A DNA stretch of 64,000 bases from the NCBI GenBank assembly GCA_965213625.1, contig CBDBZU010000004.1:2752001-2816000 (forward strand), given 5' to 3'. Every line of letters starts with the position of its first letter. Within the stretch, counting starts at the first letter, position 1. The notes below the pieces were generated by a model. It saw only the letters and a list, made by a program, of their open reading frames with translations, was not told where the DNA came from and made no database searches. Source of the DNA: a bacterium (lineage in GTDB: Bacteria; UBA8248). This document shows, piece after piece, positions 56,376 to 64,000 of the stretch. Position numbers and translations under genes: made by a program.

Positions 56376-58181
56376 ATGAATGAAGGAAAAAGGATATTGA
56401 GCGAGCTTCTGGAAACAGGAAGAACACACGACTGCGGGGCGCTTCGCGCCGCCGACATCGGCAGCGAAGTTGTCCTCATGGGCTGGGCGGGGTCGAATCG
56501 CGATCACGGCGGGTTGATTTTCATCGACCTGCGCGACCGTTACGGCGTCACCCAGGTGGTGGCCGATCCCTCTTATGACGAGGCGTCCCATGCCCTCGCC
56601 GAGCGGGTGCGCGGCGAATGGGTGCTCGCCGTACAGGGGGTGGTCATCGCACGTCCCGAGGGGATGGCGAACACCAATCTCGACACCGGCGAAATCGAGG
56701 TACGGATTACGAAGCTCGAGGTTCTGAGCCAGGCGAAAACGCCGCCCTTCGAGATTGAGGATGATTCCGACGCCGGCGAAGCGCTTCGCTTCCAGTACCG
56801 CTATCTCGACCTGAGGCGATCCGCCTTGCGGGAGAATTTTATCAGGCGTCATCAGGCGACCCAGGTGATTCGCAATTTCCTCACGGATAACCACTTCGTC
56901 GACGTAGAAACCCCCGTGCTCACCAGGAGCACCCCCGAAGGGGCGAGGGACTATCTGGTGCCGAGCCGCCTCGCGCGCGGAAGTTTCTTTGCGCTTCCCC
57001 AGAGTCCCCAGATGTTCAAGCAGATTCTCATGGTCGCGGGTTTCGATCGCTATTACCAGATAGTGAAATGCTTCCGGGACGAGGACTTGCGCGCCGACAG
57101 GCAGCCCGAGTTCACGCAGATCGACATCGAATGTTCCTTCCTGAACCGCGATACCTTTTTCGGCCTCATGGAAGGTCTGGTGGCCAGGATATGGAAAGAG
57201 GTGGGCGGTGTCGAAATCGAGACGCCTTTCGAGCGGGTTCCTTATTCGGAGGCGATAACGCAGTACGGGACCGACCGGCCGGACAGGCGCTTCGGCATGA
57301 AGCTCGCCACCTTCACCGATGTGGCGCAGGCGAGCGAGTTCAAGGTGTTCAAGGGTGCGGTGGAAAAAGGAGGCGTGGCGCGCGCCATGGCGGGGCCGGG
57401 CATGGCGTCGGCATCGCGTAAAGAAATTGACGACATCATCGCGCGCGCGCAGGAGTTGGGCGCGGGTGGTCTCGCCTGGGCGAAGCGAACGGAAAACGGG
57501 TATGAGTCGAACATCACCAAGTTCTTTCTCGACGGTCAGTTGGAGGAGATTGGCGCGCGAGCGGGCGTGGAGGTCGGCGATCTGCTGATGATGGTGGCCG
57601 ATAAGCCGGCTGTGAGCGCCTCGGTTCTGGGGCATTTGCGCGATGAACTCGGCGCGCGTCTGGGTCTCGTTTCACGTGACGATCAGAAATTCGATTTTTG
57701 CTGGGTCGTGGATTTTCCGCTCCTCGAATATGATGAGGCGGAGCAGAGATTTCATGCGCTCCATCACCCTTTCACGGCGCCCGTACCCGAGGACGCCACG
57801 CTGTTCGATTCCGACCCCGGCGCCATCCGCTCCCAGGCTTACGACATGGTGGTGAACGGGAGTGAAATCGGCGGCGGCAGCCAGAGAATCCACCTGCGCG
57901 AGGTGCAGCAGAAAATGTTCGCCGCTCTGGATATGGATGAAGAAGAGGCGCAGCGCCGCTTCGGCTTCTTCATGGAAGCGCTCGAGTTCGGCACGCCGCC
58001 TCACGGGGGAATCGCGTTCGGCCTGGACCGCATCATGATGCTGTTGACGGGCGCTCCCTCCATCCGAGACGTCATTGCTTTTCCCAAGACCCAGAAAGCC
58101 ACCTGCCTGATGACCGGCGCGCCGGCTTCGGTCGAGCGCCTTCAGCTCCGGGAGTTGGGCATCGACGGGGCGATTCGGTAG
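56376..58181 (+). CDS. aspS: Aspartate--tRNA ligase (non-discriminating-type signature)
   Basis: RDHGGLIFIDLRD, EGARDYLVP, LPQSPQ, FRDEDLRADRQPEF, PPHGGIAFGLDR. Confidence 0.97.
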   Translation: MNEGKRILSELLETGRTHDCGALRAADIGSEVVLMGWAGSNRDHGGLIFIDLRDRYGVTQVVADPSYDEASHALAERVRGEWVLAVQGVVIARPEGMANTNLDTGEIEVRITKLEVLSQAKTPPFEIEDDSDAGEALRFQYRYLDLRRSALRENFIRRHQATQVIRNFLTDNHFVDVETPVLTRSTPEGARDYLVPSRLARGSFFALPQSPQMFKQILMVAGFDRYYQIVKCFRDEDLRADRQPEFTQIDIECSFLNRDTFFGLMEGLVARIWKEVGGVEIETPFERVPYSEAITQYGTDRPDRRFGMKLATFTDVAQASEFKVFKGAVEKGGVARAMAGPGMASASRKEIDDIIARAQELGAGGLAWAKRTENGYESNITKFFLDGQLEEIGARAGVEVGDLLMMVADKPAVSASVLGHLRDELGARLGLVSRDDQKFDFCWVVDFPLLEYDEAEQRFHALHHPFTAPVPEDATLFDSDPGAIRSQAYDMVVNGSEIGGGSQRIHLREVQQKMFAALDMDEEEAQRRFGFFMEALEFGTPPHGGIAFGLDRIMMLLTGAPSIRDVIAFPKTQKATCLMTGAPASVERLQLRELGIDGAIR

Positions 58182-58190
58182 GGCGTTCGG

Positions 58191-59180
58191 GTGCCTCGAA
58201 GGAAGCGGTCGCCTCGAATTAAGGGCGACGTGCGCACGCTCGATCTCGAAAAAATCCTGAGAAGTGGCGACGACCGCCAGGAGACGCCCGAGGGGTTTCG
58301 CTCAGGCTTCATCGCCATCATCGGACGCCCGAACGTCGGCAAATCCACCCTGCTCAACCGTATCCTCGGGGAAAAACTCGCCATCGTCACCCGAAAGCCC
58401 GGGACCACGCGGCGCAGGCTTCTCGGCGTGTTGAACACCGAAGACACGCAGGCGGCATTTTTCGATACGCCGGGTCTCGAGCGTCCCGCCTCGAAGCTCG
58501 GGCGTTTTTTGCTCGAAGAGGTGAAGGCCGCCTGTTCCGGGGCCGACCTCGCCCTGTTCATGACGGATGACGCCGAAGGGGAGGTGGACGAAAACGCGCT
58601 CGCTTTGATCGAGGATGCGGGCGTGCCCGCGTTTTTGGTCATCAACAAGGTGGACAAGATGAAAGACAAGGAGAAGCTCCTGCCCGTTCTGGCGAAATAC
58701 GCGGAAGACGACGGGTTCAAGAGCGTATATCCCATCTCGGCGCTCAAGGGAGACAACGTGGAGCCGTTGGTGGAAGACATCATCAAGGCGCTTCCCGAGG
58801 GTCCGAGATATTTTTCACCCGATATGACGACGGACGTGAGCGAAGCGCTCCTGATCGAAGAATTCGTTCGCGAGCAGGTGTACAGCTTGCTGCACAAAGA
58901 GATTCCCTACGCCGTGGCGGTGAAGGTGCGGGAGATGGAACGCGCCGATCATTCCGGCCTACTGCACGTGGAGGCGGAAGTCTATGTCGAGAAAAAGAGC
59001 CAGCGGGGTATTCTGGTAGGGAAGGGAGGTAACCAGATCAAGAAGATCGGAGAATTATCGAGAAAGGAGATCGAACGGCGCCTTGGCGAGCAGATATATC
59101 TCGGCCTCAAGGTGCGCATTAAACCGAATTGGCGGCAAAAGGATGCCGCGCTTTCCGAACTCGGCTATGAGAATGTTTAG
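58191..59180 (+). CDS. era: GTPase Era
   Basis: GRPNVGKST, DTPG, NKVD, EIPY, KH domain VGKGG; start uncertain. Confidence 0.95.
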   Translation: MPRRKRSPRIKGDVRTLDLEKILRSGDDRQETPEGFRSGFIAIIGRPNVGKSTLLNRILGEKLAIVTRKPGTTRRRLLGVLNTEDTQAAFFDTPGLERPASKLGRFLLEEVKAACSGADLALFMTDDAEGEVDENALALIEDAGVPAFLVINKVDKMKDKEKLLPVLAKYAEDDGFKSVYPISALKGDNVEPLVEDIIKALPEGPRYFSPDMTTDVSEALLIEEFVREQVYSLLHKEIPYAVAVKVREMERADHSGLLHVEAEVYVEKKSQRGILVGKGGNQIKKIGELSRKEIERRLGEQIYLGLKVRIKPNWRQKDAALSELGYENV

Positions 59181-59182
59181 GC

Positions 59183-59371
59183 TTAGCGGTTCTGGGCGCG
59201 CATGCGCTTTTTGTGCGCGGCGAGTATCTTTCTTTTGCGCTTTACACTGGGCTTCTCGTAGTACTCGCGCTTTTTGATTTCTGTGAGAATACCTGATTTT
59301 TCGCATTGTTTCTTGAATTGCTTCAAAGCCTTGTCGATGGATTCACCCTCGTGTACTTTTACTCCTGGCAT
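59183..59371 (-). CDS. rpsU: 30S ribosomal protein S21
   Basis: [42 protein letters not shown]; GGGAGG RBS. Confidence 0.95.
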   Translation of the reverse strand: MPGVKVHEGESIDKALKQFKKQCEKSGILTEIKKREYYEKPSVKRKRKILAAHKKRMRAQNR

Positions 59372-59498
59372 ATTGGTTGTGTTCCTCCCGTTTGCGGTAT
59401 AAAGCAACTGAAAATAAATACTTTCCGGTCGCAAACTATCTCTTATCCGCCCGATTTCGTCAAGACCTAAAATTGGAAGACTTGTCGGAGGCGTTTTC

Positions 59499-60251
59499 TT
59501 GGCCATTCTGAGTGACGAAGCCATTGTCCTGGGCGCGCGGCCATTCTCGAACACGAGCATGATAGTGACGTTTTTGACCAACGAAAATGGAAAGGTGCGC
59601 CTGGTGGCCAAGGGCGTGCGCTCGGCGAAGTCGAAAGTAGGCGTGGGACTCGAACCGGCGAGCGAGAGTCATATCGAATGGAGCCGGCGCGGCGGATCGG
59701 ATTTGGGCACGATGCGAAATTGCGAGGCGACCCGGGTCTACCAAAGGCTCTGGAAAGACTATGAGGCCATGCGGGTAGCCACCCGCTTGTTGAAGATTCT
59801 CGATGCGGTGTTGAGTGTGGATGAGGGCGAGCGCGCGCACTATCTGCTGCTCAGGTCCTCGCTCGAAGCGCTGGAGAAGGGTGCGGGCGCGGCGGGCATG
59901 GAGGGTGTTTTTTTGTTGATGCTGCTCAATACGATGGGCCTCGGGCCGGGTCTCGACTATTGCGCGGCGTGCGAGAAAAAACCGGGAAGCGAGGCGGCGC
60001 GGTTTGATATCGCCACGGGTGAGCTTCGTTGTGCGAGGTGCCCGGAACCGGCAGAGCGGGAGATGCGCCTGCGCGCCGGCGCCGTCGCCGCGATGAGGGA
60101 GATACTTGGCCTGCCGCCCGATAAATGTTTTTCCATACGATACGCCGCGTCCCTGGGGCCTGAGATCATCGGGTGCGCGGAGGCGTTTCTGCAATTTCAT
60201 GGCGGGAAGACTTTGCCCCGGCGATCGGGGCGCACCTCCACTTCGCGTTGA
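59499..60251 (+). CDS. recO: DNA repair protein RecO
   Basis: EAIVL...[15 protein letters not shown] fold; CAAC...CARC zinc finger; GGAGG RBS. Confidence 0.92.
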   Translation: MAILSDEAIVLGARPFSNTSMIVTFLTNENGKVRLVAKGVRSAKSKVGVGLEPASESHIEWSRRGGSDLGTMRNCEATRVYQRLWKDYEAMRVATRLLKILDAVLSVDEGERAHYLLLRSSLEALEKGAGAAGMEGVFLLMLLNTMGLGPGLDYCAACEKKPGSEAARFDIATGELRCARCPEPAEREMRLRAGAVAAMREILGLPPDKCFSIRYAASLGPEIIGCAEAFLQFHGGKTLPRRSGRTSTSR

Positions 60252-60316
60252 CGGAATCCCGCGAGGGGAGTATTTGTTCCCTCGCTTTAGCGGGTGTTTT
60301 ATTTCATGAGGTTTCC

Positions 60317-61990
60317 GTGCTGAAAAATTTGGTAGTCCCCATTTTCGAGAACGCATTCGAACGCGCGCGCGCAGCGGGCGACTTGACTTCGGAAGAGAAG
60401 CCCGCGGTCGTCATAGAAACGCCGCCGAACGAGGCGTTCGGCGATTTCTCCTGTAACATCGCGATGACGCTGGCCAGGGCCGAGCGCAAGGCGCCCATGG
60501 TGATTGCAGAGCAAATCGTAAAACACTTCGAGACGCCCGAAGGGTTATTGAAAGAGGTTCGGATCGAAAAACCGGGCTTCATTAACCTGTATCTCGCTGG
60601 AGATTACCTGTCCGCAAAGCTTAAGGACATATTGTCTTCGCGGGATGATTTTGGAAAAAACGAATCGGGAGCGGGGAAATCCGTTTACCTGGAGTTCGTG
60701 AGCGCAAACCCAACGGGACCGCTTCACGTCGGCCACGGCAGGGGCGCCGCGCTGGGCGATGTGCTGGGGCGCGTCTTGGAGGCTTCGGGTTTTCGCGTGC
60801 ACCGGGAGTATTACATCAACGATGCGGGCAACCAGATAGAGACGCTGGCGAAATCGACCTACACGCGTTATTTGCAGGACGTGAAAGGAGAGGACGTCCC
60901 CTTTCCGGAAGACGCCTACCAGGGAGAATACATTCGCGAGATCGTCAAATCCGCCAGGTTCCGCGAGGGCATCGATACGCTGGAAGATGAAGAAGCGCTC
61001 CTCTCGCAAGCGGGCGTTATCGCCAAGGAATTGATACTGGAGAACATCGAAAAATCCCTCGCCGAATTCCGGGTCCGCTTCGATGAATGGTTCAGCGAGT
61101 CTTCTCTGTTCACGGATAACGGGAACAAGGTCGCGGAGGCGATAGCCGAGCTCGAAGCGAGGGAAAAACTCTACGAGAAAGACGGAGCCAAGTGGCTCGC
61201 TTCGAGCGCGTATGGCGATGAGAAGGACCGTGTCGTCGTGCGTGACGATGGCCGCCCGACCTATCTGGCGTCCGACATCGCCTATCACCACCTCAAGTAC
61301 GAGCGTGGCTTCGATCGCTACATCAACATCTGGGGTGCCGATCACCACGGGTATTTGCCGAGGGTGCGCGCGTCGATGGAGATGCTCGGCCATGACCCCG
61401 AGATGCTCGACGTTCTCTTCGTGCAATTCGTGAGCCTGCGCCGTGGCGGCGAGGCGGTTCAGATGAGCACGCGGTCGGGCGAGTTCGAGGAGTTGTCCGC
61501 CGTTGTGGATGAAGTGGGTGTGGATGCGGCCCGATTTTTCTTCTTGATGAGGAGCGCGGACACGGCGCTCGAATTCGATCTGGATTTAGCGAAAGAGCAA
61601 AGCAGCGAAAATCCGGTCTATTACGTGCAATACGCCCATGCGCGCGCTTGCAGCCTGTTCAGGCAGGCGGCGGAAGAAGGCGAGTCGCTCGATGGTCTCG
61701 ATGAGGCGCCTCCCGGCGTACTCGCCCTGGACGAGGAGCATCAGCTCATGAAGAATCTCCTCGAATGGCCCGACGTGGTGCGGACTGCGGCGGAGAGGTT
61801 CGAGCCTCATCACGTTACATTCGGCCTCATTGCTCTCGCCAAACAATTTCATGCCTACTATAATCGCAACCGTATATTGGGGCAGGGCGAGGAACTCACC
61901 CGCGCCCGCCTGTGTCTGGTAAAATGCGTGCGAGTCGTTTTGAAGAATGGACTGAATTTGCTGGGAGTCTCCGCTCCCGAAAAGATGTAG
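60317..61990 (+). CDS. argS: Arginine--tRNA ligase
   Basis: EFVSANPTGPLHVGHGR, WGADHHGY, MSTRSG, YYVQYAHAR, VSAPEKM; GTG start at 60317 preferred. Confidence 0.97.
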   Translation: MLKNLVVPIFENAFERARAAGDLTSEEKPAVVIETPPNEAFGDFSCNIAMTLARAERKAPMVIAEQIVKHFETPEGLLKEVRIEKPGFINLYLAGDYLSAKLKDILSSRDDFGKNESGAGKSVYLEFVSANPTGPLHVGHGRGAALGDVLGRVLEASGFRVHREYYINDAGNQIETLAKSTYTRYLQDVKGEDVPFPEDAYQGEYIREIVKSARFREGIDTLEDEEALLSQAGVIAKELILENIEKSLAEFRVRFDEWFSESSLFTDNGNKVAEAIAELEAREKLYEKDGAKWLASSAYGDEKDRVVVRDDGRPTYLASDIAYHHLKYERGFDRYINIWGADHHGYLPRVRASMEMLGHDPEMLDVLFVQFVSLRRGGEAVQMSTRSGEFEELSAVVDEVGVDAARFFFLMRSADTALEFDLDLAKEQSSENPVYYVQYAHARACSLFRQAAEEGESLDGLDEAPPGVLALDEEHQLMKNLLEWPDVVRTAAERFEPHHVTFGLIALAKQFHAYYNRNRILGQGEELTRARLCLVKCVRVVLKNGLNLLGVSAPEKM

Positions 61991-62019
61991 GCAACACCCG
62001 CCCACAACACGAGAAGTCC

Positions 62020-62811
62020 ATGAAGTCCCGGCAGCCAGCATCCGCGAAACGCTACAGGATTGTTTTCGGCAAAGCGCAGGCGGGAATTGTTGCGCTCATT
62101 CTCCTCGTGGGAATGGCGGGGTCCTTCGGTTTCGGCTACCTCTGGGGTGCAGGAGGCGCCTCGAACAAGACGAGCAAGACCGGGGTCGCGTCTGCGCCTG
62201 AGGCTCTTGAAAAGGATGTGGAGAAGAAGGCGGAGCGCAGCGCAGTCGTCGAACAGAAAAAAATGCCCGAACCGAAGAAAGAAACGCCAATCAAGACGGC
62301 GGATGCGATCAAACCAAAATTTTATCAGGATTTACTGAAAGAAAACCAGGAAAACGAGCAGCCCATCGAGCTGATCAAACTGCCGGTGGTGAAAAAAATA
62401 ATACCGCCGAAACCAGCGCCCCCGACAGAAGCAGTTGCGGCGGAGCCTCCCGAGAAGGAAAAACCCCTCGACAGGAAAGCTGAGGCGAAGGAAGAAAAAA
62501 CGAATGGGATTGGCGACGAACCCAGGAAGCGGGAAAAGCCGGGCGCGCGTACTTCGAAACCCTGGACGAGAGCGAGTGGTTATACCATTCAGGTGGTTTC
62601 CGTCAAGAAATTCGACGTAGCGCTGGGAGTCGTCCGGAAGCTGCGGAACGCGGGTTTTCAGCCCTTCATTAAGAATGCGGACCTCGGGTCCAGGGGCAAG
62701 TGGTACCGCGTCCGTGTGGGGCACTATCGAGACAAGGCGGAGGCGCAAAAGGCGCTCTCCGATATGCGGGTGAGGCTCAAGCTGCTAAAGGCTAAAATTG
62801 TAACTATGTAA
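62020..62811 (+). CDS. SPOR domain protein (FtsN-like)
   Basis: N-terminal TM, Pro/Lys/Glu linker, YTIQVVS...WYRVRVG; follows argS. Confidence 0.88.
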   Translation: MKSRQPASAKRYRIVFGKAQAGIVALILLVGMAGSFGFGYLWGAGGASNKTSKTGVASAPEALEKDVEKKAERSAVVEQKKMPEPKKETPIKTADAIKPKFYQDLLKENQENEQPIELIKLPVVKKIIPPKPAPPTEAVAAEPPEKEKPLDRKAEAKEEKTNGIGDEPRKREKPGARTSKPWTRASGYTIQVVSVKKFDVALGVVRKLRNAGFQPFIKNADLGSRGKWYRVRVGHYRDKAEAQKALSDMRVRLKLLKAKIVTM

Positions 62812-62863
62812 AGTATTTAGAATACAATGTTTTGTGGTTTGTTTGCTATAAACGACTTTAAGC

Positions 62864-62892
62864 TTGACACCCACGCTTTGCATTCCTAAGAT
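62864..62892 (+). promoter_or_regulatory. Putative sigma70 promoter of lipA
   Basis: TTGACA-17 nt-TAAGAT. Confidence 0.65.
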
Positions 62893-62927
62893 GCACCCTC
62901 CCGATAACCGGGAATGGAGGCAATTCG

Positions 62928-63911
62928 ATGGCTTCTAGACGCTTTCCGCCCTGGCTCGTAAAGCGGCTGCCGAACCCGAGCCGCTCGCACGAAGTCAAGG
63001 TGCTGATGCGAAACAAGCATCTGCACACGGTGTGCGAAGAAGCCCGCTGCCCGAACCTGTTCGAATGTTTTTCACGCAACACGGCGACCTTCATGATTGG
63101 CGGTGACGTCTGCACGAGAACTTGCGGCTATTGCGCCGTCACGAAGGGTGCGCCGGAAGCTTTGGACACACGTGAGCCGCTGCACGTGGCAGAGGCGGCG
63201 AAACACTTGGGATTAAAGCACGTGGTCGTCACAATGGTGAATCGCGATGATTTGCCCGATGGCGCAGCCAGCCATGTGGTGGCGACGATTGAGGCGATTC
63301 GCGAGTTGCTGCCCCAGACCACGGTGGAAGTATTGGTGAGTGATTTCATGGGCGACTTCGACGCAGTAGAACATGTGGTTCGCGCAAGGCCCGATGTTTT
63401 TAATCATAACATCGAGACGGTGAGGCGGCTGTTCAAGAGCACGCGTCCGAATGGCCATTACGAACGCTCGCTGCGCGTCATCGGCATGGCGCGAGAGATT
63501 GACCCGGCGATGGTGACGAAAAGCGGCGTTATGGTCGGCATGGGTGAAACCGAAGAGGACGTACTTTCCTTGATGGATGATTTGAGAGATGAAAGGGTTG
63601 ATTGTCAGATCATGACGATCGGCCAGTATCTCGCGCCCAGGAAGAAAGCGATTCCCGTTCGTGAATACATTCATCCAGACGTCTATGCGCGCTACCGGCT
63701 GGCGGGCGAGGCGAGGGGTTTCGCGCACGTGTTCGCCGGCCCTTTTGTGAGAAGCTCCTACAATGCGGAGGAGGCCTTGCACGCCTCCCAGGGTTTGAGG
63801 GAGGAGAATTTGCAAGGAGATCCTGAAGCCCGCGCCTTTATGACGACCGATGGTTCGGGGCGGAATGTCCCGGTCCCCTACGATCGCCTGATATCCTTGC
63901 CGGTAAGCTGA
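62928..63911 (+). CDS. lipA: Lipoyl synthase
   Basis: TVCEEARCPNLFEC, CTRTCGYC, NHNIETV, GQYL, VRSSY. Confidence 0.96.
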   Translation: MASRRFPPWLVKRLPNPSRSHEVKVLMRNKHLHTVCEEARCPNLFECFSRNTATFMIGGDVCTRTCGYCAVTKGAPEALDTREPLHVAEAAKHLGLKHVVVTMVNRDDLPDGAASHVVATIEAIRELLPQTTVEVLVSDFMGDFDAVEHVVRARPDVFNHNIETVRRLFKSTRPNGHYERSLRVIGMAREIDPAMVTKSGVMVGMGETEEDVLSLMDDLRDERVDCQIMTIGQYLAPRKKAIPVREYIHPDVYARYRLAGEARGFAHVFAGPFVRSSYNAEEALHASQGLREENLQGDPEARAFMTTDGSGRNVPVPYDRLISLPVS

Positions 63912-63923
63912 GGATTTTTGAAC

Positions 63924-64000
63924 ATGTATGAGTTCCAACGCATTACCCGTCTGCCGCCTTATGTCTTTGCGAGCGTCGACGAATTGAAGATCGAGGCCCG
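63924..64000 (+). CDS. Class I/II aminotransferase (AlaC/DapL-like), 5' fragment
   Basis: MYEFQRITRLPPYVFASVDELK; GAGGA RBS; truncated by the window edge. Confidence 0.7.
   Translation, partial: MYEFQRITRLPPYVFASVDELKIEA

Overview
A bacterial chromosome segment, mostly high-GC and gene-dense, with no rRNA, tRNA, CRISPR array or transposase recognised. Housekeeping genes include miaB, a UvrD/PcrA-type helicase, HU, the rimP-nusA-ylxR/ylxQ-infB-DUF503-rbfA-truB-rpsO-pnp operon, hisS, aspS, era, rpsU, recO, argS, lipA, comEC and ada. These are mixed with metabolic genes (an acetoin/pyruvate dehydrogenase-like E1a-E1b-E2 set, dehydrogenases, amidohydrolases) and an accessory patch at 14.6-19.5 kb (orphan Dam-type methylase, HicB, HEPN-MNT pair). 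Four signals stand out. (1) Two genes broken in the ORF track are probably selenoproteins: an AhpD/CMD-like protein with CxxU and a DsbA/FrnE-like protein with CxxUxxC. Each has a hairpin whose G-N-N-C tetraloop begins exactly 22 nt after the UGA. (2) A solo GIY-YIG nuclease gene sits inside an array of CGTC-type palindromic repeats, much as RAYT genes sit among REPINs. (3) A 13-nt loop (GACTGARRAAGGA) on covarying stems appears four times, inside three different palindromic-repeat families. (4) An AT-rich trough covers core translation genes and is bracketed by an inverted 61-nt non-coding motif about 18 kb apart. All calls were made by eye from motifs; no database searches were run.
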